DNA from: Octopus sinensis
Lineage: Eukaryota
Assembly: GCF_006345805.1 (NCBI RefSeq)
Contig: NC_043012.1
Location: 11,532,001-11,596,000 of the forward strand
Reading direction: 5' to 3'
Length of the DNA: 64,000 nucleotides
The notes under the pieces were generated by a model that saw nothing but the letters and a program-made list of their open reading frames with translations, was not told the origin of the DNA and ran no database searches. Below are positions 11,641 to 24,268 of this stretch, in pieces. The position numbers and the translations under genes were made by a program. How positions within the stretch are numbered: the first letter of the stretch is position 1; the number at the start of each line of letters is the position of its first letter.

Positions 11641-12656
11641 GCGAATGCATAAATGCATTAGTAAATATAATTAGTAACGATTATTACATTAGGAGTGTAT
11701 AAAATATAATGAAAGAGACGTGTAAGATGATCATCTTATACCTCCTCTCCTTCTTTATAGTTTACACACACACACACGTATATGTATATAAAATAACATA
11801 TTATGTTACATAATAATCAAAATTATGATGAAAACAAAATTGTGCAACAAAAGTCAGAAAAAAGCAATCACATATGGCATGGTCTCCATTACTGTAGTAA
11901 AAACAATACTGTACCATAGAATTTTTAAGAATCATGGTTTAAAAAAATAGAAATAAAGATTTTATTAAAATTACACTCACACACACACACACGCACATTG
12001 GTAGGGTATTGATAATTATTTAAAACACACAAATTCCCTGAATTTTACTTTTGTTTCTCTAAAATATAAAATATATATATTTTAAGACATATTTTGAAGG
12101 ATATTATTATCATCTGTTTTTGTGTCTATCTACATCTTGCAGACGTTGATACCATTATTACAATTCTGGAGGTTTTATAATTAATCTTCGATTAACAGCT
12201 TATCTTAATTCATGTAAATACACATCGTGTTTGTTGCACTCTTTCAAAACCAGATCGATATTCACTAAACATATTTTTATCGAATTTTTTAATCGTAATA
12301 TCGACTTGATAAAGCAAAACTTTGGTTTAAGTGTACCGGACCATTTACACTGAAATGTTCACAAATGGAAAGTAGTGTGTTCCAGGTTCGATTCTATTAC
12401 GTGTCACCTTTGTTTTGATGTCACTGAAAAAAAAAATGTAACAGTATAATTTAGAAGAAGAAATACAGCTAAAGATGTAAGGGAAAATAGCAAGAAATAA
12501 AATTCCTCCATGCTTTGTGAAATTGAAAAACTGATGCATTAATATTTAGCGATCGCAAAACACTTAGAAATGAAGGCCAGATTCCTATCTTATGCGAATA
12601 AACAACATGAGGGCGATTCGTTCAAATATTGCTGACGTCATCAAAACATTACTCAT

Positions 12657-12929
12657 TCAAAACTTCTGGTGGAACAGAATTAAATTTTTGGTGCACTTAT
12701 TCAGAGCATCGGTTAAATATTTCGTGCGTTTTAACCAGTAGCCAATAGAAGCTAAAGCAAACAACAGATAACAGGAGAGAACCGGAAGGCAAACTAAAGC
12801 CGTGTCCTTAGCACTAATAAAATGGTCGACGAAGACGATGGCACTGATTGCAGCAACACAGCCTAAACAGCTAATCTCAAGAAACACACGACAGGGGCTT
12901 CTGTTATACCCGATCCAACAACATCCCAT
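12657..12929 (-). CDS. Possible small two-TM protein ORF (90 aa from MGCCW..)
   Basis: Non-repetitive ORF with two hydrophobic stretches (SCLGCVAAISAIVFVDHFI; ALVCLPVLSCYLLFALASIGYWL). No homolog recognised. Confidence 0.25.
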   Translation of the reverse strand: MGCCWIGYNRSPCRVFLEISCLGCVAAISAIVFVDHFISAKDTALVCLPVLSCYLLFALASIGYWLKRTKYLTDALNKCTKNLILFHQKF

Positions 12930-13626
12930 ATAAACTTGAACCCTTTGTCGCCCGTAGAGACGACAGTATTTGTTAATGTTAAGACTAAATATTTTTACAT
13001 TTGAAATCCTCACCAGAATCTGTGTTCTTTCGATCTGCATCAAGTCAATACCAAATCGTAACACCATTCATGCACACACAGAAACATCATAACGCTACAG
13101 ATGCATTATAACCCCTATCATTAAAGAAAGGCACTACGAAAATCAGCTGGGATCTGAAGACAACATCAAATTTTTTGTCTTGATGTGAATTATTATATAA
13201 AAAATGAAAGAGCATTCTTTTTCAGAAACCTGAAGTAACGATGTTTTGAACGAAATTTGTCAGTTCTGCAGTGTTCTTAATTTTAGTAGGTGCTGTTCTT
13301 TATATCATTTCGGTCCAACAAATATTTAAAGAATTAATTTATGTGTATCACATAAAACAATTAGTTTTTAGCGACAAAAGAGGCTTTTGTAACGAATATT
13401 ATTTAGGGCTTTCAACTTGGATATATTGTTTATAACATCTTAGCTCATATAACATATATTGTTTATAACATCTTAGATTGCTGTATCACAGATCACCAGC
13501 TGCAGTTTTTCCTATAACTAACTTATACACAGCTCGCTAGCTTCCTGCGACACCTCTGGCTTTCCGGTCTGTATTATTCTATAAGGGTTTGACTGATTTT
13601 ATTTGTCGGGCATTCGGATTGACTAA

Positions 13627-13862
13627 TACCTATTTCTTTACTAGCCACAAGGGGCTAAACACAGAGGGGACAAACAAGGACAGGCAAACGGATTAAGTCG
13701 ATTATATCGACCCCCGTACGTAACTGGTAGTTAATTTATCGATCCCGAAAGGATGAAAGGCAAAGTCGACCTCGGCGGAATTTGAACTCAGAACGTAGCG
13801 GCAGACAAAATACCGCTAAGCATTTCGCCCGGCGTGCTAACGATTCTGCCAGCTCGCCGCCG
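13627..13862 (-). mobile_element. tRNA-derived SINE family E (central Deu/Nin-like domain)
   Basis: Head ggcggcgagctggcagaatcgttagcac..gagttcaaattcc; core gcctttcatcctttcggg(g)tcgataaa..taccag. Other copies near 15575-15703, 16022-16438, 46050-46250, 51330-51480 and 53025-53425. Confidence 0.85.
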
Positions 13863-14098
13863 ATTGATTAATACCGCTGATGATCAGCGATATCATGTAA
13901 TCAAGTGAAACAGTAGAGTCATCTCCCCGTGTACAGACGGAATTTTGTCTACCAATAATAGAATCTCGTTGCTTTTTAGCATTTGTTGTCAACGTTTAAC
14001 CATTTCAGGTAGTTGGAACTCAGCATTGGATGTTTCAAATGCATTTGGATGCCTCACTGCAATGGATCAAGGGAACACTTTATTACGTTCTGTTACAG

Positions 14099-14168
14099 GG
14101 ATCTCATATCTGAAGTCAGACACGTAGCTAGGGAATTTGAAAGATCCAGGTGCAGTCGTTTACGAGGA
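14099..14168 (+). CDS. Candidate coding exon, phase-compatible with 5760-6009
   Basis: Acceptor ttacgttctgttacag|, donor |gtgagt; the first base completes AG+G (Arg), then DLISEVRHVAREFERSRCSRLRG. Confidence 0.45.
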
Positions 14169-14515
14169 GTGAGTATATTTTCCATTAATGTTCCATGGTA
14201 TTATTCAACCGTGTTTCAGTGTTGGGTCACAGTTCTACTGTTAGGGAGAAAGGTATATCTTTTGTATACAGTTAGATTTACGACCACAACTGTACGAGTT
14301 AGAGCTCCACGTAGACTATCATTACCCAGTCAGCTCTCAGTATAATGGTTAGTCTGCCACTGTACTTAGTAGTATTACCAGTTGTGACATAACAGAACAT
14401 TTTGGGGGAAAATTAAGATAAACACAACTATAAATTGATAATTATTTCTTACGTACGTTTCATCCTTGACGATGCCTGAAGTTTCTAAATTACCTCGCTA
14501 TGTGTCTGACTTCAG

Positions 14516-14545
14516 ATATTAGATCTCTGTAAAAGAATGCAATAA
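14516..14545 (+). CDS. Possible terminal coding exon (ILDLCKRMQ*)
   Basis: Acceptor tgtctgacttcag|, phase 0, matching the preceding donor. Confidence 0.3.
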   Translation: MLDLCKRMQ

Positions 14546-14952
14546 AATGATCCCCTCATGATCCATTGCGAATAGATCAATGCACTTGGCATCCAAAGGC
14601 ACTTGGTACATTTAATGCCGAGTTCCAAATAGCTGCAATGGTGAAACATACGCAAGAACTAATAATTTACACTTGTGTTTATATTAATTTTTCTCAACAT
14701 GCACTTTGTATATCATAACTAGTAACTCTGCTAAGTACAGTGGTTGACTAACCACTATACTGGAAGCTGACTGGATGATGATAATCTACATCAAGCTCTA
14801 ACTCAAACAGTAGTAGTCACACATCTAATTGTACATACAAGATATACATACATATATACATGCATACATGCATACCTACATACATATACACACGCATACA
14901 TAAATTATATTATACTATGTGTGTGTGCGTGCGCGTCTGTCTGAGTGTGTCT

Positions 14953-14995
<43 letters not shown>

Positions 14996-15474
14996 TGCAT
15001 GTATACACATCTCTCTATCTTGTTCTCTCTGTCTGCTGTCTGTCTGTCAGTCTGTCTGTCAGTCTCTCTTTCCCTCTCTCTCTATATAAATATATGTATG
15101 TATATACACATATATACACATGTATGTATGTATGTATGTATGTATGTATGTATGTATGTATGTATGTATGTATGTACGTATGTATATATACGTATATATA
15201 CACACACATACGTAAATACATACGTGCATACATACAAATATATGTGTGTATGTGCGTGTGTGTGCGTGCTCACACACACACACACACACATATATATGTA
15301 CCTATATCAACCCATATATAAATTTGTTTGTGAGCGCGAGTGTATGAGTGGGCGCGCGCGTACATTCATCCGCCCACATATGATATATACGTGTGTGTAT
15401 ATAAATGTATACATACATACAATTAAGAAATTCAATTAAGATCACAAAGGACATTAAAAACCCGCCGCTCACAT

Positions 15475-15574
15475 NNNNNNNNNNNNNNNNNNNNNNNNNN
15501 NNNNNNNNNNNNNNNNNNNNNNNNNNNNNNNNNNNNNNNNNNNNNNNNNNNNNNNNNNNNNNNNNNNNNNNNNN
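15475..15574. other. Assembly gap (100 N)
   Basis: Direct reading. Confidence 1.
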
Positions 15575-16021
15575 GTACTTATTTAATCGACCCCGAAAGG
15601 ATGAAAGGCAAAGTCGACCTTGGCGGAATATGAACTCACAACGTAACGACAGACAAAATACCGCTAAGCATTTTGCCTGACGTGCTAACGTTTCTGCCAG
15701 CTCGTAGTAATTTATAACTTAACAAACTTATTGTATTAAATTTATTATATTAAACTGAGAAAATTTAAATCAATATATAGAATAAGGATATAAATTAATC
15801 TTAAAACCTAATAATGGAATACTATATATAAGAACTAATAAGACTTTTCTTAAGCAAAATGTTAAAACGGTCATGTAAAAACATTGTATAATGAATGTAC
15901 AATTGAATTAAATTATCGTATGAGTAGAGGTACATAGTATATATTAAAGCAATGACAAGAACTATTTCCTACCTTACAAAGAGGATAAGTATAAGATATC
16001 GTAAAGTATGGTATGGAATAT

Positions 16022-16438
16022 ATATTTCTTTATTACCTACAAGGGGCTAAACACAGAGGGGACAAACAAGGACAGACAAGGGGATTAAGTCGATTACATC
16101 GTCCCCAGTGATTAACTGGTACTTATTTAATCGACCCCGAAAGGATTAAAAGGCAAAGTCAACCTCGGCGGAATTTGAACTCAGAACGTAACGGCAGACG
16201 AAATACCTATTTCTTTATTACCTACAAGGGGCTAAACACAGAGGGGACAAACAAGGACAGACAAGGGGATTAAGTCGATTACATCGTCCCCAGTGATTAA
16301 CTGGTACTTATTTAATCGACCCCGAAAGGATGAAAGGCAAAGTCGACCTCGGCGGAATTTGAACTCACAACGTAACGCAGACGAAATACCGCTAGGCATT
16401 TCGCCCGGCGTGCTAACGTTTCTGCCAGCTCACCGCCT
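16022..16438 (-). mobile_element. SINE family E partial dimer
   Basis: Two consecutive tail-to-B-box units followed by a single tRNA head. Confidence 0.85.
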
Positions 16439-17020
16439 TTTAAGGTATGGAATATAAGGGGCAATTGAATTAGAGGTATACTAAATATACAAGGGAGTAC
16501 ATTCGGAAGCAACACCTAAACCGATTTGGGCAAGTAAACATTTAATGAATATGGCAAGATTAAAAAAAAAAACATACTAAAATAAGGATCCCCATATCCA
16601 GTAAATTATATAAAATACGACCTTGTAAAAAAATTATTTATAAATTACAAACACTAGGAAAGTATATGAATGGATATATAAATATATCAATATAATTTGT
16701 AATTTATATCATAGCTTATAAGATAATCCTTATTTTATTTTATTTTATTTTATTTTGATTTATCTTGACTTTTATCTCCGTTATACCTTTTACATCATTC
16801 TGTAAGGAAATATTTTGTAGAATTTAATGAAATTTCTTATATTTTTAAATATTTTAAAATATTTTATATTATTAAATGTTCATTATCTATCTACCCTCTT
16901 ATGCATTTGTATAGCTTATAAAGAGTTTATAATCTCTTTTCCACAAAACTCACTGTATAATATAATATTATATTTTAGATTTATGATTACACATTATGTT
17001 CTATATTTTTTTTAATATAT

Positions 17021-17212
17021 AGGCGTGGGAGTGGCTGTGCGGTAAGTAGCTTGCTTACCAACCACATGGTTCCGGGTTCAGTCCCACTGCGTGGTACCAT
17101 GGGTAAGTGTCTTCTACTATAGCCTCGGGTCGACCAAAGCCTTGTGAGTGGATTTGGTAGACGGAAACTGTATATGTATCTATATATATATAATATATAT
17201 GTGTGTGTGTTT

Positions 17213-17252
<40 letters not shown>

Positions 17253-17462
17253 TTTGTGTGCATGCGTTTGTACCCCCAACCTCGCTTGACAACCGATGCT
17301 GGTGTTTTACGTACTCGTAACTTAGAGGTTCGGCAAAAGAGACCAATAGAATCGTAACTTAGGCTTACAATGAAAAAGTTCTGGGTCGGATTTGCTCGCC
17401 TAAAGGCGGTGCTCTAGCATGGCCACAGTCAAACGACTGAAACAAGTAAAAGAATAAAAGAA
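17021..17462 (+). mobile_element. SINE family A
   Basis: Head, (TA)(TG)n tract and tail. Confidence 0.85.
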
Positions 17463-19398
17463 TATATATTGGATATTTTTATACATTTCTAAATCCGTTC
17501 ATATTCTTTCCTAGTGTTTGTAAGTTATAAATACTTTTTATAAGGTCTTTTTTTTTTTATATAATTCACTGGATATGGGAATCCTTAGTAGAAGATTGAC
17601 CACAGTGGCAGGATGACGACCGGACCCAGCCTGTGATACACTGGGACCAGCCGAGCCAGACCTGTTCCCCGACGTTCTCAAGCCTTTCTTGTCATTTACT
17701 GAATCTGTTTAAACATTCTGGTGTGATTTAATTTTTTTTCTCTATCTCTCAGATAATAGAAAAAAATCAATCAGAAAGGAAATCTACTCACTCAAATTAT
17801 CTTTTGATAAGCATAACAAATGCGCAACCGGTAAACTCTTACTTTTTTTTATTCTACACTGAAATCTGACATTGAACTTTTCCACCCAAAAAAACTGTAT
17901 ATTATACGCTTTTACTAAATATCTTATTCTGAAACAGAACACGTGTAAAAGCTCTTACTTTTTTTCTTATACACTGAAATCATTCACAAAAAATGAACAT
18001 TGTATTCTAACCCAATTTTTCTCTTTTTTTGTTTAAAAGAAGAACTTTCACCTAATTAAATACACTCTCCCTTCCTTAATTTTTTGTCAGCATTTTCTTC
18101 TTTTTTCCTTTTTTTATATATCACAACTCGTGTTCCACATTTCCTTTTTTTTAAATATATTATACTTTTATATACATGTACACACACACATATATATACA
18201 TACACACATATATAAAGATATATATATATATATGTACATATATTTATGTATGTATAAGTAAATGCGTATAAAATACTATATATATATACCTTGTTTTGTG
18301 AGTGGGTTTGTATATGGTGTGCATGTGTGTGTGTGTGTATGTTTGTGTGCATGCGTTTGTACCCCCAACATCGCTTGACAACCGATGCTGGTGTGTTTAC
18401 GTACTCGTAACTTAGAGGTTCGGCAAAAGAGACCAATAGAATAAGTACTAGGCTTACAAGGAAAAAGTTCTGGGGTCGATTTGCTCGCCTAAAGGCGGTG
18501 CTCTAGCATGGCCACAGTCAAACGACTGAAACAAGTAAAAGAATAAAAGAATATATATTGATATTTTTATACATTTCTAAATCCGTCATATTCTTTCCTA
18601 GGTTTGTAAGTTATAATACTTTTTATAAGGTCTTTTTTTTTTTATATAATTCACTGATATGGGAATCCTTAGTAGAAGATTGACCACAGTGGCAGGATGA
18701 CGACCGGACCCAGCCTGTGATACACTGGGACACCAGCCGAGCCAGACCTGTTCCCCTGACGTTCTCAAGCCTTTCTTGTCATTTACTGAATCTGTTTGAA
18801 ACATTCTGGTGTAAGTTACATTTTTTTCTCTTATCTCAGATAAGAGAAAAAAATCAATCAGAAAGGAACTCTATCTCACTCAAATTATCTTTTGATAAGC
18901 ATAACAAATGCGCAACCGGTAAACTCTTACTTTTTTTTATTCTACACTGAAATCTGACATTGAACTTTTCCACAAAAAACTGTATATTATACGCTTTTAC
19001 TAAATATCTTATTCTGAAACAGAACACTGTAAAAGACTCTTACTTTTTTTCTTATACACTGAAATCATTCACAAAAAATGAACATTGTATTCTAACCCAA
19101 TTTTTCTCTTTTTTTGTTTAAAAGAAGAACTTTCACCTAATTAAATACACTCTCCCTTACTTAAATTATTTTGTCAGCATTTTCTTCTTTTCCTTTTTTT
19201 ATATATCACAACTCGTGTTCCACATTTCCTTTTTTTAAATATATATATACTTTTATATACATGTACACACACACATATATACATACACACATATATATAT
19301 AATATATATATATATGTACATATATTTATGTATGTATAAGTAAATGCGTATAAAATACTATATATATATACCTTTGTTTGTGAGTGTTTGTATGTGTG

Positions 19399-19400
<2 letters not shown>
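17250..19400. repeat. Direct tandem duplication, period ~1089 bp
   Basis: tacccccaac at 17271 and 18360; the copies differ mostly by 1-bp indels. Confidence 0.9.
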
Positions 19401-19473
<73 letters not shown>

Positions 19474-20061
19474 AGTAAAGAAGTGTATTCCCACGCAGGA
19501 AAGAATATAGGAGAACTTGTTTTCGGGTTTGAAAATGCACTTGAATCTGAAAACGTGCAGTTTTATATTTTGGTTTCGACAATGTTTTGCTTTTCAATGG
19601 TAAATAAAACAAAATGAAATAACATAAAGTGTTGGTTTCGAAGAGGTTAAAGTTACAAGGAAAAATTCGAAAAAAATCAAACATGCTTAAAAGATCAAAT
19701 GGTTATAGAAAGTCCTAGGAGTTCACAGAGATTGACAATAATACAAGTTGAAATGTTCAATGGATTTCATAAGTCGTACATAATTGATTGTTCGGCAATA
19801 ATATGTTATCTTAACAATTAGATACAATGAATATTTTTTTTTAAAGTGTGTGAGAAAAATAGAAGGGAGAAAAGAAAAAAATATTTGCATGAAATGCATG
19901 AAGGAGTATTCTTTGTCGTTGGTTTTGCTGGTGTGAGTTAGAACTGTTTTAAGTTTGAATTGCTTTGTGTGTGTGGGTCCATATATATATATGTAATATA
20001 TATAATATATATATGTATATATATATATCTATATAAAAGATGTCTAGAGAACTCAAATGTA

Positions 20062-20151
20062 TTTTAGCTGATGAGTACGGGACGCTTTTATCTGCTGCAA
20101 TTTTTGCAACTTGTATAAATCCTGTCTTTGTATGAAACAATTGTACTAAAA
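20062..20151 (+). ncRNA. Type I hammerhead ribozyme with 59-nt extended helix II
   Basis: ttttag CTGATGA(20068-74) [59 nt: gtac/gtat, tttat/ataaa, tgcaa/ttgca] GAAA(20134-37) caattg TA ctaaaa; downstream cattcttgttgctt is shared with the 10146 copy. Confidence 0.82.
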
Positions 20152-20227
20152 CCCATCCATTCTTGTTGCTTCTTTCTCGTATATATATTATATATATATA
20201 TATATATTATATATATATGGAGACTGG

Positions 20228-20572
20228 TTCTTTGGGCAAGTGTCTTCTACTATAGCCTCGGGCCGACCAAAGCCTTGTGAGTGGATTTGGTAGACGGAAA
20301 CTGAAAGAAGCCCGCCGTATATATGTATGTATGTGTGTGTATGTATATGTTTGTGTGTCTGTGTTGTCCCCCCCACCAACATCACTTGACAACCGATGCT
20401 GGTGTGTTTACGTCCCCGCAAATTAGCGGTTCGGCAAAAGAGACCGATAGAATAAGTACTAGGCTTACAATGAAAAAGTCCTGGGGTCCATTGCTCGACT
20501 AAAGGCAGTGCTCCAGCATGGGCACAGTCAAATGACTGAAGCAAGTAAAAGAGTATTATATTGACATCTGCT
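20228..20572 (+). mobile_element. SINE family A, 5'-truncated
   Basis: Body and tail match 4281-4668. Confidence 0.85.
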
Positions 20573-20687
20573 GGGTAACTGCTTTCTATTACTGCATAGA
20601 GTTTCTTTTCTATGATCCAGACCCTTATGTCTGCTCCGATATACATTTATTTTACAAAGGCATTGACATGAACACTCTGCAATATTA

Positions 20688-22674
20688 TTTTCTACTCTAG
20701 GCACAAGGCCCGAAATTTGGGGAGTGGGGAGGAGACAGTCGATTAAATCGACCTAAGTATGCAACTGCTACCTAGTTTATCGACCCCGAAAGGATGAAAG
20801 GCGAAGTCGAACTCGGCGGAATTTGAACTCAGAACATAGTGACAGCCGAAATACCTATTTCTTTACTACCCACAAGAGGCTAAACACAGAGAGGACAAAC
20901 ATGGACAGACAAACGGATTAAGTCGATTACATCGACCCCAGTGCGTAACTGGTACTTATTTAATCGACCCCGAAGGGATGAAAGGTAAAGTCGACCTCGG
21001 CGGAATTTGAACTCAGACTGTAGCGGCAGACGAAATACCTATTTCTTTACTGCCCACAAGGGGCTAAACACAGAGAGGACAAACATGGACAGACAAACGG
21101 ATTAAGTCGATTATATTGATCCGAGTGCGTAACTGGTACTTATTTAATCGACCCCGAAGGGATAAAAGGTAAAGTCGACCTCGGCGGAATTTGAACTCAG
21201 AACGTAACGGCAGACGAAATACCTATTTCTTTACTGCCCACAAGGGGCTAAACACAGAGAGGACAAACATGGACAGACAAACGGATTAAGTCGATTATAT
21301 TGACCCGAGTGCGTAACTGGTACTTATTTAATCGACCCCGAAAGGATGAAAGGTAAAGTCGACCTCGGCGGAATTTGAACTCAGAACGTAACGGCAGACG
21401 AAATACCTATTTCTTTACTGCCCACAAGGGGCTAAACACAGAGAGGACAAACATGGACAGACAAACGGATTAAGTCGATTATATTGACCCGAGTGCGTAA
21501 CTGGTACTTATTTAATCGACCCCGAAAGGATGAAAGGCAAAGTCGACCTCGGCGGAATTTGAACTCAGAACGTAGCGGCAGACGAAATACCTATTTTTTT
21601 ACTGCCCACAAGGGGCTAAACACAGAGAGGACAAACATGGACAGACAAACGGATTAAGTCGATTATATTGACCCGAGTGCGTAACTGGTACTTATTTAAT
21701 CGACCCTGAAAGGATGAAAGGCAAAGTCGACCTCGGCAGAATTTGAACTCAGAACGTAGCGGCAGACGAAATACCTATTTTTTTACTACCCACAAAAGGG
21801 CTAAAGACAGGGATGACAAACGGATTATGTCGATTATATCGACCCCAGTGTATAACTGGTACTTATTTAATCGACCCCGAAAGGATGAAAGGCAAAGTCG
21901 ACCTCGGCAGAATTTGAACTCAGAACGTAGCGGCAGACGAAATACCTATTTTTTTACTACCCACAAGGGGCTAAAGACAGGGATGACAAACGGATTATGT
22001 CGATTATATCGACCCCAGTGTATAACTGGTACTTATTTAATCGACCCCGAAAGGATGAAAGGCAAAGTCGACCTCGGCAGAATTTGAACTCAGAACGTAG
22101 CGGCAGACGAAATACCTATTTTTTTACTACCCACAAGGGGCTAAAGACAGGGATGACAAACGGATTATGTCGATTATATCGACCCCGTGTATAACTGGTA
22201 CTTATTTAATCGACCCCGAAAGGATGAAAGGCAAAGTCGACCTCGGCAGAATTTGAACTCAGAACGTAGCGGCAGACGAAATACCTATTTTTTTACTACC
22301 CACAAGGGGCTAAAGACAGGGATGACAAACGGATTATGTCGATTATAATCGACCCCAGTGTATAACTGGGTTTATTTAATCGACCCCGAAAGGATGAAAG
22401 GCAAAGTCGACCTCGGCAGAATTTGAACTCAGAACGTAACGGCAGACGAAATACCTATTTTTTTACTACCCACAAAAGGGCTAAAGACAGGGATGACAAA
22501 CGGATTATGTCGATTATATCGACCCCAGTGTATAACTGGTACTTATTTAATCGACCCCGAAAGGATGAAAGGCAAAGTCGACCTCGGCAGAATTTGAACT
22601 CAGAACGTAACGGCAGACGATATACTGCTAAGCATTTCGCCCGGCGTGCTAACGTTTTTGTCAGCTCGCCGCCT
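20688..22674 (-). mobile_element. SINE family E multimer: one head plus 11 tandem core units, with 19-bp TSD
   Basis: cgaccc(c/t)gaa anchors at ~20781, 20965, 21149, 21333, 21517, 21701, 21872, 22042, 22211, 22381 and 22552; tgaacactctgcaatatta at 20669-20687 and 22675-22693. Confidence 0.9.
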
Positions 22675-22692
22675 TGAACACTCTGCAATATT

Positions 22693-22734
22693 AAGGGTGA
22701 GTATGACCTCCGCATGGAGGTCATACTCACCCTT
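22693..22734. repeat. Perfect 19-bp inverted repeat with 4-nt loop
   Basis: aagggtgagtatgacctcc gcat ggaggtcatactcaccctt. Confidence 0.95.
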
Positions 22735-23100
22735 CATATTCTAGACATAAATACCATGTTTGAATTCATGCATGTAAGTATAGAAGCATGTACGTATGTA
22801 TGTGTATGCATGTGCTTCAAAGTCTATTTGGTAACAAGTTTTTCAAGTGGAAAATATATATTGCTGAATTACGAGTGAAATGATCAAAAAATTCAGTGCA
22901 ATACACTTTGCTCTTGATTTATAGCTTTCGCTTTTTCTTTCTTCTTTCTTCCTTTTTTTTTACTTCAATTTCCATTTTTTTTCTCTCTGTTTTCTTTCTT
23001 TCATTTTATTTTGATATTTTCATAAACAGGTCTTCAGCCTCACTGCCAGCGTTTAGTCTATTATTACATTTGATAAAGCAGGCGGTAACTGCCAGCTGAC

Positions 23101-23173
<73 letters not shown>

Positions 23174-23270
23174 ACATACACAAACAAACACTCATACATA
23201 TATGCATACAACTTACATATACACACATATATACACACACATATATTTGTATGTATGTATATGTATAGGA

Positions 23271-23305
<35 letters not shown>

Positions 23306-23441
23306 ACACATGTATATGCTACAAGCTACAGTAACATCCACCCTTAGTGGTTAGCCATATTTAGAGGGCAAATATACTTCACATTGTCCTGCAGTTACTG
23401 TCTATACCTCGTTCAGAGATTCATTATTGATTATGTAAATA

Positions 23442-23852
23442 CCCACTTTGTGAAAAGTCTGGCTGCATCCGAAAAAAATATATATTATGAAACAAAAATA
23501 AACTCAAAATTTATTGCACGAATCTGTTACCACCACGACAGTCAACTATTTGACGTCGAACACGAGTTTGATGTTGAATACATCCACGAATTGAAAGGCA
23601 TTGCAAAGATCACTCACTGTTTCATTTGCAACCCCATCTTTAATTTGCTGGTAGCGTAGAAGTATTGCCAGTCTATCTCTCTCATTAATTTGTTCACCCC
23701 GCCTGCGAGCCAGTTAATAATGATTCTGCTAATTCCACGTGTAAACATGTGTTGAATAGAACTGACTGAATAAATCTTAATTAACGGTGTTGTCAATTGT
23801 ATGCACCTGACATATGCTAACGTGTATGCAGTCAGACTTTTCACACAGAGGA
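23442..23852. mobile_element. Tc1/mariner-type MITE
   Basis: Imperfect ~27-bp TIRs (..tgtgaaaagtctg(g/a)ctgcat), each flanked by TA. Confidence 0.65.
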
Positions 23853-23952
23853 TACATATTTATTTATGTATTTATATACGATTCACATTATTGTCTCCAT
23901 GTATGAATGCATGTCTGTCTGTGTATGAATGCGTATATGTGTGTATGGTGAG

Positions 23953-24268
23953 GGCGCGTGGCTTAGTGGTTAGGGCATTAGGCTCATGATCGTAAGGTTG
24001 TGAGTTCGATTCCCGGCGACGCGTTGTGTCCTTGAGCAAGACACTTTATTTCACCTTGCTCCAGTCCACTCAGCTGGCAAAAATGAGTTGTACTTGTATT
24101 TCAAAGGGTCAGCCTTGTCACTCTCTGTGTCACGCTGATTATCCCCGAGAACTACGTTAAGGGTACACGTGTCTGTGGAATGCTCAGCCATTTGCACGTT
24201 AATTTCACGAGCAAGCTGTTCCGTTGATTCGGATCAGCTGGGACCCTCGTCGTCGTAACCGGCGGAGT
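23953..24268 (+). mobile_element. SINE family B, intact
   Basis: A box tggcttagtggttag, B box gagttcgattcc. Confidence 0.9.

Noticed and set aside
13150-13200. CTGAAGA with an acatcaa/ttgatgt stem
   Set aside because: Followed by GAAT rather than GAAA, and there is no helix I.
13877-13920. CTGATGA..GAAA motif
   Set aside because: No helix I or helix III pairing; gctgatgatcagc forms a competing hairpin.
20781-22620. CRISPR-like regular array
   Set aside because: Units are contiguous 170-184 bp SINE segments with no unique spacers, and the context is eukaryotic with no cas genes.
23384-23659. Exon-like ORF with a good acceptor site
   Set aside because: It lies mostly inside a TA-flanked TIR pair (23442-23852), so a MITE explains it better.
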